Positions 24,036 through 36,008 of a stretch of 56,085 nt of DNA are shown piece by piece. The position numbers and the translations under genes were made by a program. The stretch's first letter is position 1. The number at the start of each line of letters is the position of its first letter. The DNA is from Chiloscyllium plagiosum (lineage: Eukaryota), in NCBI RefSeq assembly GCF_004010195.1, contig NC_057718.1, positions 27,117,733 through 27,173,817 on the forward strand. The letters are read 5' to 3'. A model generated the notes under the pieces. It was not told the DNA's origin and searched no databases. It saw only the letters and a list, made by a program, of their open reading frames with translations.

Positions 24036-25629
24036 TTTATGGCCTAAACAAAGTTTGTTAATTCACACACTGCATACTGGCGATTCTGGGATATTGTGAA
24101 TGTAAAGTTAATGTTTGAGGAAGTACCAGCAATTTAACTCCTCATGTAGGAGATAAACTGCATTGTCAGTGCTTCCAATGCAAGTGGTGGGACCTGTACA
24201 TAAATTCACTCAGTACTGTGCAAAAGAATAAGTTGTGGTCAATTGTTCAGGACTGAAGGTGCCATCCTAGAAATTAAAGGAACATGGAAGATTGCATATG
24301 CTTGTGTGTCACATTAAAATTTTACAGGAGTAGATTTGGAATTTTTTGAAAATGCAAATATAATACATGAAATATCTGGAACTCAAACTGTGCTTAATCA
24401 TCCAAACCAAGCTCCTGTCTAGCCTCTTGTACATCTCAAGTTTCACTTGTTTCTATCTGAACTAGAGGTACAATTAAATAAGTTCTCTTTTTAAATGACA
24501 GCTGTTCAAGAACTTACTAAGGATAGGTCAGGATTGGAATTTTAAGTTGTACTGAAAAACCAGATCGGTAACAATGTGTAATATAATCAGGCCTCGGGCC
24601 TGTGTGCCTCACCTCTTCCATCTTCAGACTCAAATCCAGACCAGAAAGACAGAAAAAGAACTGGTTAATTTGCAGGATGCATGATATTTTAATTTTAAGC
24701 ACTTTTTCATTTTATCGTGGGCCGTGTGTGTTTTCCATAGCAAGTGTTTCATGTAAAAATAAGTCAGCTCACCATGTTCCTGCTCACCCCCATTGTACAG
24801 CGAGGATACTCATATCAGTACCCCACCCACCATTTGTAAATTTTAAACAAAGGATAAACTGTGCTGATTAAAAGCTGAATAGATAATATGCTGCCTTCAT
24901 CTGAATATGGTGGGTGTGGCAGTCAGATAGGAGTAGTTGGGCTGTTTTTAAATGTCTATGTGAACAAAGGCATGGAGGAAGGGGGAATCTCATTCAGAGG
25001 GCACCAGGTACATCAGGGGCACCCCAAAGATGTTATCCTACCCCTCCTTCTATACTGTCTGCCCTACAGAATCTTGCTCCCTCTCTGGGCTGGAGGATTG
25101 CTGTGAAACCTTGCTAAGGACCTTATCAGGAGAGTCAGAGCCCTCTTTCAGCTCTCACCTACAACACTGGCTGTGCCCCCACTGCACTGTGGTGTGGTTG
25201 GAAACTCTCAGGGGTAGGACCACCTCCCACCCGAGGGTGCAGAATTCCCAATGTTAACCAGTTATACCTGAGAGTCGGGCTTGAGAGAACTGAATAAACT
25301 TCCTTTCCATTGGTGAGGGCGTATGGGTCTTCCTACTGTCCCCACCCGCTGTACATTTCTCTGTATATGATCGATTGTGAACCGCATTTAAAATAAAAAT
25401 GTACAAACATCTTTTCACGGTGTAGAGATTTTTTTCTCTCCACTGACGCACTAACCAAAAATGTGTACTTTGCTACTGGGGAGTTGAATTTCAAAGCTCT
25501 TATTGTGAACTCATTTTATTCAGAACACTGTTTCATGTGTTCACAACTGCTCCAGAGACATGGCTGTTTTGGAAAGTTCATTAATAGGCAGTGAAGGATA
25601 TACTTCGAATGATCATCACTAACTAATAA

Positions 25630-26365
25630 TAGAGATATTTGTATCATCTATAGCCATGAGTGAGGTGCTGGAGGACTGGACAGTAGCTAATGTTGTACTT
25701 TTATTTAAGAAAGGCTGTAAGGACAGAAGGCGTTTGGTATGCTTTTCTTTATTGGTCAGAATATTGAGTACAGGAGTTGGGAGGTCATGTTGCGGCTGTA
25801 CAGGACAATGGTTAGGCCACTGTTGGAATATTGTGTGCAATTCTGGTCTTCTTCCTATCAGAAAGATGTTGTGAAACTTGAAAGGGTTCAGAAAAGATTT
25901 ACAAGGATGTTGCCAGGGTTGGAGGATTTGAGCTATAGGGAGAGGCTGAACAGGCTGGGGCTGTTTTCCCTGGGACGTCGGAGGCTGAGGGGTGACCTTA
26001 TAGAGGTTTACAAAATTATGAAGGGCATGGATAGGGTAAATAGGCAAAGTCTTTTCCCTGGGGTCAGGGAGTCCAGAACTAGAGGGCATAGGTTTAGGGT
26101 GAGAGGGGAAAGATATAAAAGAAACCTACGGGGCAACTTTTTCACACAGTGGTATGTGTATGGAACGAGCTGCCAGAGGAAGTGGTGGAGGCTGGTACAA
26201 TTGCAACATTTAAGAGGCATTTGGATGGGTATATGAATAGGAATGGTTTGGAGTGATATGGGCCGGGTGCTGGCAGGTGGGACTAGATTGGGTTGGGATA
26301 TCTGGTCGGCATGGACGGGTTGGACCGAAGGGTCTGTTTCCATGCTGTACCCCTCTATGACTCTA
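25630..26365 (+). mobile_element. CR1 (HER1-type) LINE fragments
   Basis: EDWTVANVVLLFKKG and LYRTMVRPLLEYCVQFW...LRGDLIEVYK; ends in a CTATGACT tail. Confidence 0.92.
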
Positions 26366-26366
26366 T

Positions 26367-27690
26367 GGTGAGTCTGACATTACTGATGGGTAACTTGTTA
26401 GAGCTGATTCTGAGAGATAGGATTTATATGCATTTGGAGAGGCAAGGACTGATTAGTCAGCATGGCTTTGTGCATGGGAAATTGTGTCTCACAAACTTTA
26501 GTCTTCTGAGGAAGTAACCAAAAAGATTGTTGAGGGCAGAGGGGTAAACATTGTCTTCATGGACTTTAGTAAAACCTTTGACAAGGTTCTGCATAGTAAT
26601 TAGTAACATTAGACCACATGGGATTCATGAGTGCCTGCCGATTGGATTCAAAATTGGCTTAACCTAGGAGAGAGGGAGGTGGTGGAGAATGTTTTCCTGG
26701 ACTGGAGACCTGTGACCAACGGTGTTCTGCATGGATCAGTGCTGGGTTCACTTTTGCTTGTCATTCATATACATGGATGAGATGTTTGGAGCCAGGGTTA
26801 GTAAATTTGCAGATAATACCAAGATTGGTGCTTGCATCAACAGTGAAGAAGGTTATATAAGATTACAAAGTGATCTTCATCAATCAGACCAGTGGGCTGA
26901 GCAAAGGCAGATGGAGTTTAATTTGGATAAATGCGAGTTATATAGTTTAATGGTAGGATCATGGATAGTGTTGTAGAACAGAGAGATCTAGGAGTTCAGA
27001 TACATAACTCTTTGAAAGTTGCATCACAGGTAGGTGGGTTGGTTAATAAGGTGTTTAACATGCTTGTCTTCATTGCTCAGACCATTAAGTATAGGAGTTG
27101 GGACATTATGTTGAGATTGTACTGAGTGTGGTGAGGCCACTTTGGGAGTACTGTGTGCAGTTCTGTGGCCCGACTATAGGAAGGATATTATTAAATTGGT
27201 GAGGACTCATAAAAGATTTACCAGGATGTTACCGGAACTTGAGGGTTTGAGTTATAAGGAGAGGCTGGAATGGCTGGGACTTTTTTCACAGAAGCATAAG
27301 AAGTTGAGGGGTGCCATCATAGAGTTTTATAAAATCATGAGGGGTATGGATAAAGTGAATGGCAAAGGTCTTTTCCTGAGGGTGGAGCAGTTCAAAACTG
27401 TGGGCATATTTTTAAGGTGAGAGAAAAAGGATTTAAAAGGCACTGAGGGGCAACGTTTTCATATAGAGGGTGGTTCGGATGTGGAATGACCTGCCAGAGG
27501 AAGTGGTAGACGCAGGTACAATTACAACATTTAAAAGATATTTGGACTCGTACATGAATAAGAAAGATTTGGAGAGATTTAGGCCAAACGCAGGTAATTG
27601 ACGCTAGTATACTTTGGGAAACTTGGTCAGCATGGACGAGTTGGACCAAAGGGTCTGTTTCAGTCCTTTGTGATTCTATGACTCTATTTT
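26367..27690 (+). mobile_element. Older CR1 LINE (RT to 3' end, frameshifted)
   Basis: QHGFVHGK, MDFSKTFDKV, KFADNTK motifs and a 3' tail. Confidence 0.9.
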
Positions 27691-28579
27691 CTTTGATTCC
27701 CATTCACTGAGGATTTGGTAGAGTTCCTTAATGCCACATTTGGTCAACTAAATCAAGTAAGATTTTTCCTTCCTATTGGTTCCCTTACACCTGCCTCATG
27801 GCCTAGCAACATAGTCTAGCAGCAATGCCCTTTAGGACATAGCTTAATAAAAATGCTACCAAGTCATTTTGGTGACAGACATTAACCCAGTCAGATTATT
27901 CTGTGCCCTTGTTACCCTTGCTGCAACCCCCAAGTGGCATTCAACATGGAGGACAGCAAATTCATTAGCTGAGAATGGGAGAAGATGCTAATCTGCAGAT
28001 GGTTTACTTGCTCATGTTTGACCTGATATCATCTGACTACATGGGGTTCTGGAGCAATATTGACATATCTCAGGACAAACCTGTCCTGACTGTGCTGCCA
28101 CCTCTGATCCCACCCAGGGATTTTGAGGTCAAGACATTATCTGCAAGGCACAATTCTTTGCGAATGACTATATTATGCTGTCACCTAACTAGTCCCTGGT
28201 ACAGCTCTGTCAATTTTGGCACATGATGTGAAGATACTGGTGTTGGACCGTGTTGGACAAAGCTAAAAATCACACAACACCGGGTTATAGTCCAATAGGT
28301 TTATTTGAAAGTACAAGCTTTCGGAGTGCTGCTCCTTAATCAGGTAAGTAGTGGGGCAAGATCCAAGGACACAAACTTTGTAGTAAAAGATCAAAATTTC
28401 ATACAACTGATGCAATACATTGAACAAACCCAACTTCTATGAAGTTTTAATCACTTAGAATGACTTGCAGGTTTCAATTCATTAATATGTAAATCACAGA
28501 AGTTCTTTCAAGTCACATTCCCGGGATAACTTAAGGATTTTGAAAAGATGACAAGCTCAACAATGCTTTAAGGGTGTGA

Positions 28580-29640
28580 TCAAAGTTTGTGAGAAGATTT
28601 GTAGCTCGGGTGCTCGTTGTTGTGGTTCTGTTCGCCGAGCTGGGAATTTGTGTTGCAGACGTTTCGTCCCCTGTCTAGGTGACATCCTCAGTGCTTGGGA
28701 GCCTCCTGTGAAGCGCTTCTGTGATCTTTCCTCCGGCATTTGTAGTGGTTTGAATCTGCCGCTTCCGGTTGTCAGTTCCAGCTGTCTGTTGCAACTAGCC
28801 ACGAAACAACACAACCAGCTATCCTTAGTAGCCACACACAGATGACAAGCAACATGAATTCCACTGGGACAACACTACTATTATAGGACAAGCCAAACAG
28901 AACAGCCAGGCAATTCCTAGAGACATGGCACTCATCCACAGATTCAATCAATAAACACATCGACCTGGACCCAATATACCGACCACTGCAGCGGACAGCT
29001 GAAACTGACAACCAGAAGCGATCTGCTGATCAGGTGTTTCAGTTTCTGCTGTAGTTCTTTAGCCAGTTTGTGTGATGGTGTCCCTGGTGGTGATACTATG
29101 GGTCTGAGTGGGATGTCTGGTTTGTGCACTTTAGGTAGTCCATAGAATCTGGGGGTGTTGTTGCTTTCAGGTTTCATTCTTTGTAGATACCCAGCATGAA
29201 CAAAACCAATGTAGTGTACAAAATCCCATGCAAGAATTGCACAAAACACTACATAGGACAAATAGGAAGACAGCTAACGATCCGCATCCATGAACACCAA
29301 CTAGCCACGAAATGACACGACCAGCTATCCTTAGTAGCCACACATGCAGATGACAAGCAACATGAATTCGACTGGGACAACTCTATTATAGGGCAAGCCA
29401 AACAGAGAACAGCCAGGGAATTCCTAGAGGCATGGCATTCATCCACAGATTCAATCAATAAGCACATCGATCTGGACCCAATATACCGACCACTGCAACG
29501 GACAGCTGGAACTGACAACCGGAAGCGGCAGATTCAAACCACTATAAATGCCGGAGGAAAGATCATAGAAGCGCTTCACAGGAGGCTCCCAAGCACTGAG
29601 GATGTCACCTAGACAGGGGACGAAGCGTCTGCAACACAAA
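28580..29640 (-). mobile_element. Nested PLE fold-back element (family C, Poseidon-like) with a 13-bp TSD
   Basis: TSD TTTAAGGGTGTGA at 28567-28579 and 29641-29653. Contains TPRFYGLPKVHKPDIPLRPIVS and NVVYKIPCKNCTKHYIGQ. Confidence 0.92.
28655..28694 (-). ncRNA. Minimal hammerhead ribozyme variant (family C), sense to calpain pre-mRNA
   Basis: GCA-CTGAGGA-T-GTCACC(TAGACA)GGGGAC-GAAA-CGTC-TGC, with stem I GCA/TGC. The plus-strand partner at 29593-29632 has GAAG instead of GAAA. Confidence 0.75.
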
Positions 29641-31109
29641 TTTAAGGGTGTGAGGTTAGAGTCTGTCTGTATTCCAACCTTGAGTCAGATGGTTCTGTTT
29701 CCAAAGGAGGAATTTAGAAAATATCACATGGACTACAGATAGTGTGCTTTTTGATCAAAACAAAATGTGTCTGCAAATACAAATTCACCCCATAGGCGCG
29801 CGCGTGTGTGTGTATGTGTATAGGAGTGTGGGGAGTGTGTGCATGTGTGTGCGAATGTGATGGAGTATATGTCTGTGAGAGGATGTGCATGTGTGAGTGT
29901 GGGGGCCGTGTGTTGTCTGTGTGTCTGAGAGGGAGCATGTGTATGAGAGAGGGTGAGTGTGTAAGAGTTTGATTGTGTGTAAGAGTGTGTATAGAGTAGC
30001 GGGGTCACCTGTAGTATGACATGAACCCAAGATGCTGGTTGAGGCCATCACCATGGGTATCGAACTTGGCTATCAGCCTCTGCTCAGCAACTCTGTGTTG
30101 TTGCATATCCTGAAGTCCGCCTTGGAGGACAGTCACCCGAAAATCTGAGGCTGAACGTCCGACTGCTGAAGTGTTCCCCAATTGGGAGGGAACACTCCTG
30201 TCTGGCAATTGTTGTGGGGTGTCCATTCATCCATTGTCATACATTTGCTTGGTCTTGTGGGGGACACCACTCACCACGTGACTCAGCCAACGTTGTCTCA
30301 TATGCTGCAAGCAAGGATGCCCTTTGGTAGTTAAGGACATTTGGCCTTGGATCTTCAGGTGACTGTCCTCCAAGGCAGACTTCAGGATACACAACAACGC
30401 AGTGTCTCTGGGCAGAGGCTGATAGCTAAGTTCAGTAACCATGAGGATGGCCTCAACCGGGATCTTGAGTTCATTTCACACTGCAGGTGACCTCTCTACA
30501 CTAAGCACACACACACACTTACACTCTTACAAACTATTTTGTTCAAAAAGCACACAATCTGTAGGCAGTCAGTCCATGTGACATTTTATAAATGCCTATT
30601 TTGGAAAGAGAACCAGTCTGACTCAAGGTTGGAATACAGACAGACTCTAACCTCATACCCTTAATGCATTGTCTGAGCCAAAACGTCACTTTTTTTTTAA
30701 GAGCCTTATATTATCTCGGGAAACTTGAAAGTAGTTCTAGGATTTACATACTAATGAATCGAAATCTGCAACCATTTCTAAGTGATTAAAGACTTAATGG
30801 CAATCTAGGTTTGTTCAATGCATCGCATCAGTTGCATGACACTTTGATCTTTTACCATAAATTCAGTGTCCTGGGATCCTGCCCCACTGGTTACCTGATT
30901 AAGGAGCAGTGCTCTGAAAGCATGTACTTCCAAATAAACCTGTTGGAGTCTAACCTGGTGTTGTGTGATTTTTAATTTTGACATAAGCACATGGGTGTTA
31001 GTAAGAAGGGCTCTGCAGGCTCCCTGGTGCAGTGTGTGTGCCATTATTGTTTCTATTGGTTTCATTTCTTCTATCAGTTCTTGAAGCAGTTTGATACAAA
31101 TGAGTGGGT

Positions 31110-31370
31110 AACTAGGCCACTTCAGAGGACAGTTAAGAGCCAACCACATCATTTTGGGGCTGGAGTCGTATGTAAGACATACCAAGTAAGATCAGCAGAT
31201 TTCCCTTCCTTAAAGGGCATTAGTGAAGCAGATGGTAATGGACTGGCTTTTAGTTTCAGAATTATCAGTTGAAGTAAAATTTCACCATCTGTCATGGTTG
31301 GATTTAAAACAATGGTCAAGAGTTTTAGCAAGAGTTTTGATCTGCAGATTACCATTCCAGTGACAAACCA
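31110..31370 (-). mobile_element. Decayed tRNA-derived SINE (same family as 40050-40395)
   Basis: Shares CAGTTAAGAG..CAACCACAT...CTGGAGTC and TTTCCTTCC.TAAAGGGCATTAGTGAA motifs. Confidence 0.6.
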
Positions 31371-32502
31371 TTATGTCCCAATTTATATTTTAGTCTGTTC
31401 CATTCTTTTTAAATTCAACGTGGATGACTTCACATTAATTATATTGAAATCCATCCAGCACAGTTTCGCCCATTAATTTAATCTATAAGTATCTCTAATT
31501 TTATTTTTCCAGTTAAACTGCTTGCATTGCATCAATGTGCAGTTTAGATTTCCTTCCGATCAACTCTCATTAGTGAATACTATGAATAGTTGAGGTCCCT
31601 CCACCATAACTTCTCCAGACTAGTCAGGTCTTGCCAAGGACAGACCTGCCTATTATCTTCCAGCTCAGCCCATTTCCCAAACAGATCAAACGTTTGCTGT
31701 AAATATTGTCAGCTTCAAGCTTCATGACTTAGGAAGAAATGTTTCTACTGCTTAGTGAGTCAATAATGGGGAGTGTGTGGTGTTGGGAGTGGTACAGAAT
31801 AGACAGAATTAGTATGAGACAAATGAACAGAGTAGCAATAAGACATTTTGTTCCTGCTCACAGGCTATTAGAACATGCAATGCATGCCACTGTTACCAAC
31901 TGTGGTAGAGTCTCTAATAACAGTCAAAAAGCAAGCTTGGTTCTACAAAAGGCAAAATATTAAAATAAGTCGAAGTGATCTTTAGAAATGGACAGTGGAG
32001 ATATGTAAAATATGTTCATCCAAGTTGAGTTCTTGAGCTCCAAAAACCCTGTTCCATCATGTTTATGCAGTTGGATAACAATAATTCAATTCTGTTTTAT
32101 TCAGATATAAATATCAACAGCTGGTACCACATAGGATTCACATTCCAGCTTATGTACCCTCTTCGCACGACCATTTTGTTTTAGCTGGGTTACGTTTCCA
32201 ATGGAGATTCATCTTCTATGTAACTCCATGGAATTCTTTGAGATTCATGAGACCAAATTTGCATGGCTCACCTGACAAAGGCAATACCTGCTCCCATTTC
32301 CATCACTTCTCAGCGGCACTGCTTAGATGTGGAGATGCCACACCACACACAGCACTACCAACCTTGCCTGCTCCTTTGAACAGTTGGGCATTTTCGACAA
32401 TACCCCCTGTAGTGATTAGACCAGGTTGGTTTCATTTTTGATTGGGGTTGTTAACCTGGGCCAATCAGGAAAGCCTTGGCTGACCAATAATATAATCAGG
32501 AG

Positions 32503-33580
32503 GTTGCCCCATACGGACTATTGCTACACACCATCCACCTCTTGTCTTTCATCCACCACCCGGATACGCATGGACACGCCCATTTACCAATGAGTGGTGG
32601 GAACTCCCAGTGGAGAGCTCTCTACATGGGAGTCTTCCCCCTTTCTCTTGGGATTCTGGGGTGGAGGGTGTTGCACGCAGCAGTCCCCTGCAACCGCAGA
32701 TTGCGGTGGTTCACGGATTCCCAGCCCAGTTGCTTGCTCTGCGGTGCTGTGGATTCTGTGGACCATGTATATACGGGGTGTGGGCATCTGCACTCCCTTT
32801 TTTAGTTTTCTTAAGGATCTTCTTTAATGTTTTTGGTTGCACTTCTGCCCCACGCTTCTGATCTTTGGGCACTCGGTACAGAGGGGGGTAGGGCAGATCA
32901 AAGGATCACCTCATGGGTCTGCTCCTGGGCGTGGCCAGACTAGCTATAAACAGGTCCAGTCAGCGGGCCATGGAGGGAGTCATTTCTGTCGACTCTTCCG
33001 CGGCTACCTTCAAGCCTGGGTGTCCTTGAAATGGGAGCATTTGATTAGATTAGATTAGATTACTTAGATTAGATTACTTACAGTGTGGAAACAGGCCCTT
33101 CGGCCCAACAAGTCCACACCGACCCGCCGAAGCGTAACCCACCCATACCCCTACATTTACCCCTTACCTAACACGACGTGCAATTTAGCACAGCCAATTC
33201 ACCTGACCTGCACATCTTTTGGAGTGTGGGAGGAAACCGGAGCACCCGGAGGAAACCCACGCAGACACGGGGAGAACGTGCAAACTCCACACAGTCAGTC
33301 GCCTGAGGCAGGAATTGAACCCGGGTCTCTGGCGCTGTGAGGCAGCAGTGCTAACCACTGTGCCACCGTGCCGTGGTGTCCATCGAAACTCTTGGGGTCT
33401 TCAGGGAGAGGTGGGCACCACGGGGATTGGAGTGCTTTATTTCCCCCTCGAATACCATTTTGGTTTAGTCCTTACCCTCCCCTTCACTTTTTGTTTCCTG
33501 TGAGCATTTCTCCTGTCAGGGCTTTGCTTGTCACTAGTTCCCTAGGCACATGGGTGTTTTTCCTGATGGAATAAAATAAA
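32503..33580 (+). mobile_element. L1/Tx1-clade LINE 3' fragment inside the 5' LTR
   Basis: WRVLHAAVPCNRRL...CLLCGAVDSVDHVYTGC (zf-RVT-like CCHC); A-rich tail AATAAAATAAA; TSD TAA(T/C)CAGGAG at 32493-32502 and 33581-33590. Confidence 0.82.
33043..33373 (-). mobile_element. Young HE1 SINE inside the Tx1 fragment
   Basis: Full-length, CpGs preserved, (TAATC)n tail. Confidence 0.92.
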
Positions 33581-33831
33581 TAACCAGGAGATTAGTACCT
33601 CCTCAGTCAAGGACTGACTCCAAGCTGGCTGACCAACCATAGTCAATGTACTGTGCACTAGTAAATAAAGGATGACTTAATTATGGGACCCAGCCTCTCT
33701 GTGCAGTTATTTCAGTGGTGATGGGAGAAACATTGTGCCTGAAGAACATTCGCTAGCAACTGTCACCTTGGAGTTGGGGTAAGCATTTCCGGCATCATAC
33801 CTCTATTTGGGAAGCTTGACTCATTTGATCC

Positions 33832-33915
33832 GGATGCTGCCTGACCTGCTGAGCTTTTCCAGCAACACTGTAATCTTGACTCCGATTCTCCAGCATCCGC
33901 AGTCCTCACTTTCAC
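33832..33915 (+). mobile_element. PLE pLTR 3' fragment inserted in gag, 12-bp TSD
   Basis: TSD CTCATTTGATCC at 33820-33831 and 33916-33927. Confidence 0.85.
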
Positions 33916-34584
33916 CTCATTTGATCCTGTTGTCAAAGACTGGGCCCAGTATGTGGAAAGAATGCAATTTTTTTCTAGGCATTTGATATTGGGGCAGATG
34001 AAAAGCAACAAGTAGTACTTCTGACTGTGTGTGGACCTGCGGCATTTTCAGTTATAAGGGGCTTAACTTTCCCAGAGGCAGCATACACTAAAACCTTCCA
34101 AGAATTGACAGAGTTGGTTAAGGAATATTACGACCCCAAACATCCTCTAATCCTGAGATGCTATCGGTCTTATTTGGCTGTTAGAGAACCGGGGGAAGCC
34201 ATATTGGGATTTTTGATGAAATTAGGATGACTGGCAGAGGCATGTGAATTTGGGTTAACCAAATAAGACACTGAGAGACCATTTGGTATGTAGGATTAAT
34301 GATGTAACTATGCAGAAGCAGTAACTAGCTGAAACCCAACTGGACCTCAAACAGGTACGACAACGGGCTTTATCATTAGAAACTGTGGCAAATGGAGCAT
34401 GGGGCCTACAGGGCATCCCAGTGGAAGTGAACACCCTCACTTGTTCAACTGAGCTAGGAAAACACCACTGGAGTATAAGCAGTCACAGAGCCTCACACAC
34501 GGAATGTCCTGAGTAGAGGGACCTTAGGCCAACCCACAGCAGAATCCCACATCAAAGCCAAGCTTCGGCCAAATGGCCAAACTG

Positions 34585-34898
34585 TTAGATTTGATTAGAT
34601 TACTTTACAGTGTGGAAACAGGCCCTTCGGCCCAACAAGTCCACACCGACCCGCCGAAGCGCAGCCCACCCATACCCCTTACCTAACACTACGGACAATT
34701 TAGCATGGCCAATTCACCTAACCTGGACATCTTTGGACTGTGGGAGGAACCAGAGCACCCGGAGCACCCGGAGAAAACCCACGCAGACACAGGGAGAATG
34801 TGCAAACTCCACACAGTCAGTCGCCTGAGGCGGGAATTGAACCCGGGTCTCTGGCGTTGTGAGGCAGCAGTGCTAACCACTGTGCCACTGTGCCGCCC
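34585..34898 (-). mobile_element. Young HE1 SINE
   Basis: Full-length, with a small internal duplication GAGCACCCG. Confidence 0.92.
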
Positions 34899-34970
34899 AC
34901 TCAGGATATGGTTCTTCAGGATATGGTCCGACCAGCCATTGTCGTGGGAAGGTTGATCACACAGCCAGTT

Positions 34971-36008
34971 TGTTACAGTTATTCCTTTTTCTGGACTGGT
35001 TTCTGAGCTGGCTGACCACACAGTCAGTGTGTTATTGTTGTATTTCAGTTCTCACTAGGGAACTGCTGTTTTGTTGTTTCACTGGCTGGTTGCAGCCTGT
35101 GTGTTACTCTTTTTGTTTTTGAGCAAGGACTATGCTGATTTTGTGGCCTTGCACAACAGTTTTTAGTGCACTTTATTTTTGCATGTGTTTTCACCATTTT
35201 GTGTTTGGACTTAGCCCCTTGTGAGTGCTCCTTTACAAATGGACAGTACCACTATGAGTGGGCCTCTGTGGATGGACCAGGCTGCTGTGTGTGTGCTGTG
35301 AGGTGTATATTTGCTGCCTTCTGGAGTGGACTCTGTCTTCAGGCATGGACTCTGCCGTTGGGCATGGACTTAGTTTTGGTAATGGACTCAGCTTTTTGGT
35401 CGTTGGTTTTATCAGCTGCACTGTGTCTTGTGTATCCATGGGTCTGGCAGGCCTTACTTTGAGCTGGTAGATTCGTGGGTCATCCTGAAAGCTGCCACCC
35501 CAAGAGGCGGAGGGTGGGTATGCCGTCCTGAACACTATCACCCCGAGAAGGGAGCGAACCAAGGGCTGGAATATGTGTAGGGGTGGTCCAGGCCCGGAAG
35601 GCATGTGGGCTGTCCCGAGATCCATTGTCCTGGGTGGTATCTGGACAGGCTGGCTTGTCAGTCAAGCCAGGAACCAGAAGGGGTGGATAGGGAGCAGGAA
35701 GGAGTGCTGAGGCGGGCTACCTTTGAGTGGCCAGAAAGTGGGAGGGGCAGACTGTTTGCTGGTTTACCAGGAGTATCTGTGTAATGTGCACGGTTTTATT
35801 ATTCGGTTAACTGGACTGTATTGTATGTGTTTGTGTCTACTGTTTCATCTTTGGTAAGATGAAGTGGGAATTGCTTGTGAATTGGTTGTACGGTTATAGT
35901 TTGGGGTTTGGCTTTATTGCCCCTTTCCCCTGTAAGTTGCTGTTTATTGTGAATTGTTGTTTTTTGTTCACTGTTGACTTTAGTAAACAGTATGAAAATA
36001 AAAAAAAA
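34971..36008 (+). mobile_element. Unclassified poly(A)-tailed insertion (probable L1/Tx1 3' UTR)
   Basis: About 1 kb of T/G-rich sequence ending in AAAATAAAAAAAAA directly before the 3' LTR segment. Confidence 0.5.

Larger units (their letters stand above)
28224..30973 (-). mobile_element. Large PLE fold-back element (family B) with GIY-YIG C-terminus and inverted pLTRs
   Basis: ORF 30005-30226 (VTVLQGGLQD...AEQRLIAKF.TH.DGLN) matches ORF 51738-52124. Inverted copy at about 30270-30973. Degenerate TSD AATTTTG(G/A)CA(C/T)A at 28212-28223 and 30974-30985. Confidence 0.88.
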
